Part shown: positions 1-6,344 of the stretch, in pieces | Layout of the letters: every line of letters starts with the position of its first letter | Numbering within the stretch: the stretch's first letter is position 1 | IMG/VR virus record: IMGVR_UViG_2548876853_000015 | DNA length: 6,725 nt | From: a virus | Lineage: Duplodnaviria; Heunggongvirae; Uroviricota; Caudoviricetes | Direction: 5' to 3' (one strand) | Made by a program: the position numbers and the translations under genes | The notes under the pieces: generated by a model | Told to the model about the DNA's origin: nothing | Databases searched by the model: none | Seen by the model: only the letters and a program-made list of their open reading frames with translations

Positions 1-188
1 AGGCACCAGTAACTGAGAGAGTTGCGCGAATCAGTGGAAAAGCGGGCAGAGAAAATACAGGGAGCATCCGGAAGCTGAGAACGTGCCTCATCTTCTGTCG
101 GTGCAATAACGAAGTGATAGTGACGTTTCTGGCAGGAATAGAAGCGCCAGATGAATTCAGGATGAGTTGGGGTAGGGACAGTAGCCAT
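1..188 (-). CDS. Hypothetical protein, N-terminal part only (ORF continues past the left edge); lies downstream of a C1-operator-like promoter and a long structured leader
   Basis: Minus-strand ATG at 188-186 preceded by a strong SD (AAAGGAGG, 8-nt spacer); frame stays open to position 1 (about 62 codons, MATVPTPTHPEFIWRFYSCQKRHYHF...). Absent from the ORF track only because no stop lies inside the window. No family recognised. Confidence 0.5.
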   Translation of the reverse strand, partial: MATVPTPTHPEFIWRFYSCQKRHYHFVIAPTEDEARSQLPDAPCIFSARFSTDSRNSLSYWC

Positions 189-373
189 AATGGCAGCCTC
201 CTTTGACTAAGTTAAGGAGCTACCGCGTGAGGTCTCAATCTCAATGGCGGTAGCACTGACTGGGTTGAGACTACCGGCGTCAAAGGGAACCGGCCTGCCT
301 TTCGGCAGCCCAGCCAGCACTACCATTGATTTCGGAGCTAAACGCTACGTATGGCTGTGCGATGGCATGACAC

Positions 374-395
374 AAAAAAAGACGCTTTCGGCGTC
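374..395 (-). terminator. Rho-independent terminator-like hairpin on the minus strand (GACGC-CGAAA-GCGTC followed by T7)
   Basis: Plus 381-395 gacgctttcggcgtc forms a 5-bp GC-rich stem with a 5-nt loop; plus 374-380 is an A7 run, giving a U7 tract on the minus-strand RNA directly 3' of the stem. It sits about 150 nt downstream of the pacB stop and about 100 nt downstream of the predicted promoter. Confidence 0.5.
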
Positions 396-501
396 TGTGT
401 CGCCTTTGACATTATCCGGGGTCTCAATCCCGGCACCCGTTTTAATGAGGTGCCTGATAAGCATAAACCGAAAATGCCTCAAGGCGCAAGAGGTCAGGTT
501 C

Positions 502-544
502 AATGTAACATCGGTAGTTAAAAAACACAATTTATTAGAGCAAA
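502..544 (-). promoter_or_regulatory. Candidate sigma70 promoter overlapped by a P1 C1-repressor operator-like 17-mer, immediately 3' of pacB
   Basis: Minus strand 544..528 reads TTTGCTCTAATAAATTG, matching the recalled P1 C1 operator consensus ATTGCTCTAATAAATTT at 15 of 17 positions. A -35 TTGTGT (530..525), 17-nt spacer and -10 TACATT (507..502) follow on the same strand. Confidence 0.5.
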
Positions 545-547
545 TAT

Positions 548-2032
548 TCATTCATTAAGCCATGCCAGAGCTTCATCAACCTGCGCTTCGTCTTCGACGC
601 TAAGCACTTCATCCTGGGGAACATAATCCGCCAGCATAGCGAAACAATATGTATCCCAATGGTCTGGTGAGTGCAGGTTGAGTTTTTTCTTCATATCCTC
701 CTTACTCATCACCTTCCATTGACCTGCGGAGTTAATCCCTACAGGGATTTTCGACGCTTCCTCAATAGTTTCATTACCCTTATCCAGTCTCATACGACCA
801 GATTTTACGGCCTCTGCGGCTTGAACGTTGGCATAAGCACGTTTATCAAAGTACAGGCTCTTATCTTCACGGCTATGCATCTTTTTACCCCAGCGTATGC
901 GCTGTACGGTAATACCATAATACTCGTACATCAGATCCGCCGTTGCTTTACCCAGGCCATCGCCGTCTATCGCTATGGTGATATTTGGGAATCGCTCAGG
1001 ATTACATTCTGCGAAAATTTTGGCGGCAAGCTGCGTTTCTGTAACGTCTGTGTATTCCAGCATTCGATAGTTGATTACACGGCGTTTATTTCGCTGGCCG
1101 GACACCATCATGATATTGATAACGGACTTATCCCGTCCCGTACCACCAGCAACGTCCACACATGCAAGCCAGCCCCATCCTTTTGCAATCTTGACTTTCC
1201 GCCGCGTTGCACGTTCAACCTCATCACGTCCAAGAAGGAAGCCATCCTGTGATTTAGGGAATAGGCCGCGTACCTTAATCATGTACATAGGGTTATCACG
1301 CCCGCCGTACTCCGCCAGCTTCATTTTGATAAATGCTGGCGTTACCAACGGTGATTCCTCACTGTTAAGCGTGATCGCCGTATAAACGCCATCAGGGTTA
1401 CCAGGACGCTTGGCCAGTTTATGGTGTGTATCGTAGAAATAGCCGCTTGGGCGTGTAGGCTGTGACAGTAATAAGATGCGGTTATCCTGTCCGGTAAGAG
1501 CACCGGTGATGATACCGAAAGCTCTATCACTGACACCGGAGGCTTCATCGATAATATACAGAAGATGATCTGCGTGTTCACCGGCAAGAGCTTCTTCACT
1601 TCCCAGACGAAAGCCCTTCGGTACTACAGTCCATACACCTTTACCAGTAACCTCATAGAAAGCGGTTTCTGTCAGAACAAAATAATCAGCAAGCCATGGA
1701 AAACGGCTGGTGGCAGTAGCCCAGTTTATCTTGATGTACTTGAATATACCGGTCATTACCTGCTGAATTTTGTTCGCAACGATAATGGCGCGGGCACCGG
1801 GATACATGATTATGAACAACATGATCATGATAGAAGTCATGTCTGATTTCCCGGTACCGTGACCAGACGAAACAGATGTCTTGCTACCCTGTTCCTGCAC
1901 AGACTCAATAATCAGATCCTGCTGCCAGGTAGGTGTTTTGCCGAACAAAACATCAGCGGCCGCAATCCAGTCATAACGATATAGCGCCACCAGCTCGCGC
2001 CAACGTGGATCCGTTACGCAACTTCTGGCCAT
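548..2032 (-). CDS. pacB: Terminase large subunit (P1 PacB-type), 494 aa
   Basis: 494-aa ORF with a Walker-A-like ATPase motif (SSGHGTGKS). Start ATG overlaps the pacA stop by one nt (TAATG). Size and position match the recalled P1 PacB (494 aa). Confidence 0.9.
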   Translation of the reverse strand: MARSCVTDPRWRELVALYRYDWIAAADVLFGKTPTWQQDLIIESVQEQGSKTSVSSGHGTGKSDMTSIMIMLFIIMYPGARAIIVANKIQQVMTGIFKYIKINWATATSRFPWLADYFVLTETAFYEVTGKGVWTVVPKGFRLGSEEALAGEHADHLLYIIDEASGVSDRAFGIITGALTGQDNRILLLSQPTRPSGYFYDTHHKLAKRPGNPDGVYTAITLNSEESPLVTPAFIKMKLAEYGGRDNPMYMIKVRGLFPKSQDGFLLGRDEVERATRRKVKIAKGWGWLACVDVAGGTGRDKSVINIMMVSGQRNKRRVINYRMLEYTDVTETQLAAKIFAECNPERFPNITIAIDGDGLGKATADLMYEYYGITVQRIRWGKKMHSREDKSLYFDKRAYANVQAAEAVKSGRMRLDKGNETIEEASKIPVGINSAGQWKVMSKEDMKKKLNLHSPDHWDTYCFAMLADYVPQDEVLSVEDEAQVDEALAWLNE

Positions 2033-3225
2033 TAATCATCATCCCCGTATAGCTTGCGGGTAACTTCTTCGTCTTCCTCCTCGTCTTCGTCCAGGTCTTG
2101 TTCCAGCCATGGGTCGTTTGATACACCTTCAGTATCAACATCTCCATAACCGCCTGTATCAACGATATCGGCGATTTCTTCCCTACGCTGCTCAATCCAC
2201 AATGCGGCATCGGCGCGGCGGTTGGCGGCCCGTTCTCGCGCAACTTTGTCCAGATCTTCAAGAGAAGGGCCACCGACGGCTGTTTGCCTTTCCTCATCAT
2301 CGGTATTGGTCTTAGGAGCACGCAGATCGGCTTTGATTTGCTCCAGCATCAGGGGCGGAACTTTCCCACCATGCGCCTCGATAAATTCAGCTGCTTCCAG
2401 CACTGACCAGTTATTTTCACGCTTTCGTTCGTATGCCAGCTTAACAATGCCAGCTTGCCCCATAGACAAAGCGTGCTTTTCCGCCTCCCGGCTTTCTTTT
2501 CGATAGTTATTCCGGATGCTGTAAATGGTGTTGATCAGACTGCTTATCTGCGCGGAACAGCTGTTTAGCATGCTCGCGATACGGTATTCAGGCGGAGTGC
2601 CTTCATCATCGTCTTTTTGCTGATCGCGCATTTCCTGCACCAGGCGAATACACGTATCCCTGGCGTTCTCCAGCATAAGGAGATGAGAAAGAGACTTTTC
2701 AAGAAGAGTGGTTTCCAGAACATCGGCCCCGGACCGACGCAACATAGCGCGTGCGGCCTTCCGCGCTTCAACGTTATCTATCAGGTAATCGCCAGCTTCG
2801 AATTCAAAGCGTTCACCATCATCATCCAGGGTGTCGCGTTCCAGACGATCACGCAAGGTCCGGTGGGCGCGGGTGATCACGTCATGATCATCTGAACGAT
2901 CATTTATGCGCTTATTTTGGCGCTTCGCATTCTCGACTGCGGCACTGACAACGGCATTAACTCTCTGTTTTTCCGCTATTTCAGCCGCAATATGATCACC
3001 TGCATGTTGATCATTAGAGTGATCAATGATCATGCTTTTTAGTGGCTTCCTGACTGGCTTATTTGGCTTGCGGCTGTCCGCAGTCCTGGTGTCTTCTTTG
3101 AAGGCACGGAGATAACGACGTGCGGTATTAGGGTTAAGATTAAACTCGGCGGCATACTGTGCGATGGTGTAACCACCATCTCGCGCCAGGCGAGCAAAAT
3201 TCTTCTTGTGATCGTCCCAGGTCAC
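2032..3225 (-). CDS. pacA: Terminase small / pac-recognition subunit (P1 PacA-type), 397 aa, GTG start
   Basis: 397-aa ORF with an N-terminal helix-turn-helix-like segment ([27 protein letters not shown]) and a highly acidic C-terminus. GTG start at 3225 with SD AAGGAAG 5 nt upstream and an in-frame stop immediately upstream. The pac hexamer clusters lie inside its 5' third, as in P1. Confidence 0.88.
   Translation of the reverse strand: MTWDDHKKNFARLARDGGYTIAQYAAEFNLNPNTARRYLRAFKEDTRTADSRKPNKPVRKPLKSMIIDHSNDQHAGDHIAAEIAEKQRVNAVVSAAVENAKRQNKRINDRSDDHDVITRAHRTLRDRLERDTLDDDGERFEFEAGDYLIDNVEARKAARAMLRRSGADVLETTLLEKSLSHLLMLENARDTCIRLVQEMRDQQKDDDEGTPPEYRIASMLNSCSAQISSLINTIYSIRNNYRKESREAEKHALSMGQAGIVKLAYERKRENNWSVLEAAEFIEAHGGKVPPLMLEQIKADLRAPKTNTDDEERQTAVGGPSLEDLDKVARERAANRRADAALWIEQRREEIADIVDTGGYGDVDTEGVSNDPWLEQDLDEDEEEDEEVTRKLYGDDD
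2874..3032. other. pac packaging site: two clusters of TGATCA/G hexamers (Dam GATC sites) flanking a roughly 90-bp hexamer-free core
   Basis: Hexamers at 2874-2879, 2885-2890 and 2897-2902 (the last as cgatca, i.e. TGATCG on the other strand), then 2993-2998, 3008-3013, 3020-3025 and 3027-3032. This 3 + 4 arrangement over about 160 bp matches the recalled P1 pac site (about 162 bp, seven hexamers). One further cgatca lies at 2846-2851. Confidence 0.75.
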
Positions 3226-3280
3226 TTATGCTTCCTTTCGTAAAAACTCTTTTTGACGCGAGGGTAACGAAAGTCACATG

Positions 3281-3300
3281 TCAAAAGGCCCGGAACGGGC
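3281..3300 (-). terminator. Weak terminator-like hairpin directly after the lpa stop (GCCCG-TTC-CGGGC then CTTTT)
   Basis: On the minus strand a 5-bp GC stem (3300..3296 with 3292..3288) and 3-nt loop are followed by C then TTTT (3287..3283). The short stem and short U tract make this tentative. Confidence 0.3.
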
Positions 3301-3310
3301 AAGCAATCAA

Positions 3311-3763
3311 TCAGATACGTGCGGATGTGGCATTACCGTAATGACGGTGCTGACGGGCCACCTTATTGAAAAGTTGACGCGCCATTACCCAAGGCTGGTG
3401 CTCCCGGCGTTCCTTTTCGTCCTGCGTCATATAGAGTTCGTTCTGGAGTTTTTCATCAAACCGGCGCGGAGCGCGGCTACGGCGAAAGAATTCAGGATTC
3501 AGAGAGTGGATCTGAAATCTACGTGGGCGTGTACTGTCATCAATCAAAACAGACGAATACTTAGACACAGCGATAGCCTTTAAGCGCAGATAAACATCGC
3601 GCTTATCGACATCCAGATGCGGGTATTCCTTTTCAAGAATTGCTGCGAGTTCTTTCGCTGATAGAAGAGATTTAGTGCGGATCATGTAATCCGCAATCTC
3701 GTACGATGTTATTCGTGAGTGATTTATTTCCATGAAGTGGCGTCCCTGCCAGTTAAGTAACAT
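3311..3763 (-). CDS. lpa: Candidate late-promoter activator (P1 Lpa / gene 10-like), 150 aa, basic
   Basis: 150-aa ORF immediately upstream of pacA, the position I recall for P1 lpa. SD GGTGA lies 4 nt before the ATG at 3763. Assignment is by synteny and size, not by a recognised motif; an alternative start exists at 3733 (MEINHSR...). Confidence 0.55.
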   Translation of the reverse strand: MLLNWQGRHFMEINHSRITSYEIADYMIRTKSLLSAKELAAILEKEYPHLDVDKRDVYLRLKAIAVSKYSSVLIDDSTRPRRFQIHSLNPEFFRRSRAPRRFDEKLQNELYMTQDEKERREHQPWVMARQLFNKVARQHRHYGNATSARI

Positions 3764-3808
3764 CCTGTCACCTACTGATTAGCCCATGTCAACTAATCAA
3801 CGTGGAAT

Positions 3809-3850
3809 ATAATACCCTCGATTAAAGAAATAGCAACACATTAGAGCAAT
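3809..3850 (-). promoter_or_regulatory. Candidate sigma70 promoter for lpa with an adjacent C1-operator-like element
   Basis: Minus strand: ATTGCTCTAAT (3850..3840) matches the first 11 positions of the recalled C1 operator consensus (13 of 17 over the full 17-mer). Then -35 TTGCTA (3836..3831), 16-nt spacer, -10 TATTAT (3814..3809). Consistent with lpa being C1-controlled in P1. Confidence 0.45.
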
Positions 3851-3851
3851 T

Positions 3852-4895
3852 TTATCTAACGCTCGACGAGTGACTTGTGATAGCGCCGACTCCAAGCGCG
3901 TAATCAAAGAACAATCGTTGATGCATCGCCAGCCTACCGTGCGTCTTCTCCCAATTATCGCGGTCACGCTCAATATCACGCTGGCATGACTGGCACAGAG
4001 GAATTGCGTAAATGTCATGCGCGCATAATCGACTATGACGAACGATATAAGGCGTAATGTGAGCGCCAGCTCCCGCCGCTCCACACCCACAGCATGGACG
4101 GGAAGCAACAAAGTCCATGTACTCAGGTAATTTTAGCGATTGCAGTTTTGGTATTTTGAAATGCGCCATGCCAGGGTCGGAGTCAACATCCACAGGGCAT
4201 ACTTTTGCACGCATCGGCGCGGCGCGTTCTTCCATCATCTGAACATATGCTGTAGCGCGATCGTCATACGGGCGAATATCCGCCTCTTTCAGAGGTCCGC
4301 TATCCTGCGTTGCGGCTTTCATCTTATTTATTGATATACGGCAAACTTCTTCCGGCATCAGGTGCATCATGTTGCGCATGAAAGCCCACCAGCACAGTTC
4401 CTGAATACTTAAATCATGGCCATCTGAAAACCCCATTTCCTGACGGGCGACATCCAGGATCCAGTTAACGCGATTATTATGCAGCGTTTCTTTCAGCTCA
4501 TTAAAACCACGCATCCGGTAATGGTTATCGTGATGCCAGCACAACAACACCGCGCTATTGTCTCGTTCTGCGTGGACAATATGGTTGTCACACCAGCTAC
4601 GATCTGCGGCCTGGCATTGCCCCTCTTTCCTGCGCAACCACGCCACCAGCGCGTCAATTCCACCAATACGGCGAAACAGTTCATCGCTGTTAAAAAACGG
4701 CTGCAACGCCTCATTTGTTGCCATAGTTTGCTCGGAAACAACGAGGCCGTCGTCCATGTGCTCGATTAACTCACGCGGCACCGGCTCCATAATAAATTTA
4801 CGGCCAGCCTCCACCAGCTTTCTGACTTCCTGATCCACTTTGAATGTGGCGACGCCAAGCTCTTTTTGTACAAAGGGAGTAATTACGGCTTTCAC
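3852..4895 (-). CDS. Post-doc region protein, 347 aa, with a Cys/His-rich C-terminal module (possible zinc-binding HNH-like fold); function unknown
   Basis: 347-aa ORF with GTG start at 4895 (SD AAGGTG upstream). The C-terminus carries CCGCG ... H ... H ... CAH ... CQSC spacing typical of zinc-ribbon / HNH-like motifs. The position between doc and lpa corresponds to the pdc (post-doc) genes of P1; a resemblance to DUF968-type prophage proteins is a recollection, not verified. Confidence 0.65.
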   Translation of the reverse strand: MKAVITPFVQKELGVATFKVDQEVRKLVEAGRKFIMEPVPRELIEHMDDGLVVSEQTMATNEALQPFFNSDELFRRIGGIDALVAWLRRKEGQCQAADRSWCDNHIVHAERDNSAVLLCWHHDNHYRMRGFNELKETLHNNRVNWILDVARQEMGFSDGHDLSIQELCWWAFMRNMMHLMPEEVCRISINKMKAATQDSGPLKEADIRPYDDRATAYVQMMEERAAPMRAKVCPVDVDSDPGMAHFKIPKLQSLKLPEYMDFVASRPCCGCGAAGAGAHITPYIVRHSRLCAHDIYAIPLCQSCQRDIERDRDNWEKTHGRLAMHQRLFFDYALGVGAITSHSSSVR

Positions 4896-4922
4896 ATCAC
4901 ACCTTTCATCACTGATTGGGCT

Positions 4923-5102
4923 TTATCTGCTGCCCGGCATTCTCTGTTTAAGCACAACCATTTCCTGACGGCATAACACAGCAATAGCAGTCCTGGCTCT
5001 AATTTGCTTACCAACCAGGTATTGCTTTACCTCGCGGCGACTCACGCCATCAAGAAGCATCTTTAACGCTTCACGGGACAATTTGTTGTATTTGCGTGCC
5101 AT
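4923..5102 (-). CDS. Small basic protein (59 aa) immediately downstream of doc, possible helix-turn-helix; post-doc region
   Basis: ATG at 5102-5100 lies 4 nt after the doc stop, and its SD (GGAG, 7-nt spacer) is embedded in the last doc codons, suggesting co-transcription with phd-doc. The track start at 5123 would overlap doc and lacks an SD. Protein MARKYNKLSREALKMLLDGVSRREVKQYLVGK... is Arg/Lys-rich. Confidence 0.5.
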   Translation of the reverse strand: MARKYNKLSREALKMLLDGVSRREVKQYLVGKQIRARTAIAVLCRQEMVVLKQRMPGSR

Positions 5103-5106
5103 TAAT

Positions 5107-5487
5107 CTACTCCGCAGAACCATACAATCTACGTAACGTGGCGGCGACAGAAGATACAGATATCTCGCCAGTCGCAGCCCCTACGGTAAGGTCTGCCAGT
5201 TCAGGTGAATCAAATACCTGCACCCCGTTACGGCGTAGAAATAGCAGCGCACTGTTTAGCGCGGTACGCTTATTGGCATCATTGAATATATGCCCTCTCG
5301 CAGTAGCAACCAGGTAGGTTGCGGAGATTTCGAAAAGGTCGGTGATCTCTTCGTAGGCAACTCTGGCCTGAACTCTCCCGATAATGGCCTCTGCCCTACC
5401 CGGATCTGACATTCCCGGCAGGCCGCCGTAGCGGCTTATATTCGCATCATGAAGCGCAATAAGTTCTTCCGGTGATATATGCCTCAT
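5107..5487 (-). CDS. doc: Doc toxin (Fic/Doc family kinase that targets EF-Tu), 126 aa
   Basis: Fic-type motif HIFNDANKR is present. The sequence matches my recollection of P1 Doc nearly residue-for-residue. Start ATG overlaps the phd stop by 1 nt (TAATG). Confidence 0.95.
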
Positions 5488-5708
5488 TATCGGTTAACCA
5501 GTTCCTTGTTGGTGGAGTCCAGGGTGTCAAACAGGGATGCAAATTCAGCATCCAGCGCCGCTTTTTTGTAGGCTTCGAAAGTAGCCTTGCTGACAATTAC
5601 TGCTGGCTCACGGCCTCTGCGGGTGATTTCAACCTCTTCCCCGGCTTCAACATTGTTAAGCACTTCAGAAAGGTTGCCACGCGCGGTACGGAAGTTAATG
5701 GATTGCAT
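5487..5708 (-). CDS. phd: Phd antitoxin (prevent-host-death), 73 aa
   Basis: [49 protein letters not shown]... matches recalled P1 Phd. I place the start at the ATG at 5708 (SD GAGGTG upstream) rather than the track's GTG at 5714. Overlaps doc. Confidence 0.93.
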
Positions 5709-5716
5709 AAACACCT

Positions 5717-5745
5717 CGTGTACTCGTTATGTGTACACAATTATA
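5717..5745 (-). promoter_or_regulatory. phd-doc promoter/operator: -10 TATAAT followed by two palindromic Phd/Doc operator sites
   Basis: Minus-strand TATAAT at 5745..5740. A perfect 10-bp palindrome TGTGTACACA (5730-5739) and an imperfect one CGTGTACTCG (5717-5726) lie between the -10 and the SD, consistent with known autorepression of this operon by Phd and Doc. Confidence 0.7.
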
Positions 5746-5780
5746 AACTTCACAGGCATAAAGCACCAGCACTTTGCAGC

Positions 5781-6170
5781 TTAAATGATCGGACAATCAT
5801 CAAACTCCCCACATCGGGCATCATTGATGACATGAGTGATCACACCAAAAACAGCATTACTACCCGTGTAACCATCGTCATCTACTGGTAACGCCTCTTT
5901 CTTCCCGGTGCTTAAATCCTCCAGGTGCTGGCGCGGATACTTCCTGTATCTCTTTATGCGATATTCACCCTCCATAGCGCAGACAAGCAGCGAACCATCA
6001 ACCGGAGTAAGCGAGGAATCAACCACCAGCAAAGCACCCTGCAATATTCCCTCACGGTGATGGCTGTCTGCCGCCCGCATGAAGTAGGTCGCTGATGGAT
6101 GCCTGATTAGTTGCTGATCAAGAGAAATTCTGCTTTCAACATAATCCGCCGCAGGAGAAGGGAAGCCCAT
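5781..6170 (-). CDS. humD: UmuD'-like translesion-synthesis accessory protein (P1 HumD-type), 129 aa, S24 peptidase-like fold without the N-terminal cleavable arm
   Basis: Strong similarity to recalled E. coli UmuD from the GFPSPAADYVE region onward (HPSATYF, VVDS, FGVITHV blocks). The protein begins about where UmuD is processed to UmuD'. SD GAGGTG upstream. Confidence 0.9.
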   Translation of the reverse strand: MGFPSPAADYVESRISLDQQLIRHPSATYFMRAADSHHREGILQGALLVVDSSLTPVDGSLLVCAMEGEYRIKRYRKYPRQHLEDLSTGKKEALPVDDDGYTGSNAVFGVITHVINDARCGEFDDCPII

Positions 6171-6189
6171 AGCGTTTTCACCTCAATAA

Positions 6190-6209
6190 TACTGTTCGTT
6201 TATACAGTA
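6190..6209. promoter_or_regulatory. LexA binding site (SOS box) TACTGT-N8-ACAGTA
   Basis: 6190-6209 tactgttcgtttatacagta has the canonical CTGT-N8-ACAG core with TA-extended ends. It lies 20-40 bp upstream of the humD start and about 135 bp upstream of the divergent plus-strand ORF. Confidence 0.85.
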
Positions 6210-6344
6210 TACATTAAAGAGACACCTTTGGTGCAAACGCGTTATGTACATCAACCACCGCAGATGATTTTGTGCGCTTTGCTACTATTCATCACCAACG
6301 GATCAGCGTAACCTCATTGCCAATCAGTTAATAAGGAATTAGCT

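Noticed and set aside
1-205. Plus-strand open frame entering from the left edge and stopping at 203-205
   Set aside because: Cys-rich, implausible composition; the opposite-strand ORF has a canonical SD and ATG and is preferred.
416-442. tRNA T-arm-like hairpin (ccggg gtctcaat cccgg) followed by a short T run
   Set aside because: Loop does not fit the T-loop consensus and no acceptor, D or anticodon arms can be built around it.
244-558. 104-aa plus-strand ORF from the track
   Set aside because: Antisense to the structured leader, operator and terminator region; low-complexity translation; no SD. Most likely a chance ORF.
671-1846. Track ORFs inside pacB (671..1252 +, 1071..1385 +, 1342..1599 -, 1565..1846 +)
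   Set aside because: All lie wholly within the 494-aa terminase gene, in other frames or antisense, with no independent start signals.
1971-3341. Track ORFs inside pacA and the pacA/pacB/lpa junctions (1971..2321 -, 2109..2315 +, 2222..2506 +, 2565..2771 -, 2617..2895 +, 3159..3341 +)
   Set aside because: Embedded in or antisense to pacA; compositionally odd (Arg/Ser/Cys-rich); no SD.
3278-3583. 101-aa plus-strand ORF antisense to lpa
   Set aside because: Fully overlaps the better-supported minus-strand ORF and has no ribosome-binding site.
3797-4833. Track ORFs overlapping the 347-aa post-doc gene (3797..4111 -, 4140..4334 +, 4479..4769 +, 4493..4741 -, 4558..4833 +)
   Set aside because: Alternative-frame or antisense ORFs within a longer coherent ORF; no start signals.
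4923-5123. Track start at 5123 for the small post-doc ORF (66 aa)
   Set aside because: That start overlaps the doc 3' end and lacks an SD; the internal ATG at 5102 has a GGAG SD and sits 4 nt after the doc stop.
5487-5714. Track start of phd at GTG 5714 (75 aa)
   Set aside because: The ATG at 5708 has properly spaced SD GAGGTG and gives the 73-aa Phd; the GTG extension is probably not used.
5096-5891. Plus-strand track ORFs antisense to doc, phd and humD (5096..5317, 5472..5891, 5587..5784)
   Set aside because: Antisense to three well-supported genes and spanning their promoter/operator region.
6111-6311. 66-aa plus-strand ORF overlapping the humD start and the LexA box
   Set aside because: Overlaps regulatory DNA and the humD 5' end; no SD. 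The real plus-strand gene starts at 6345.
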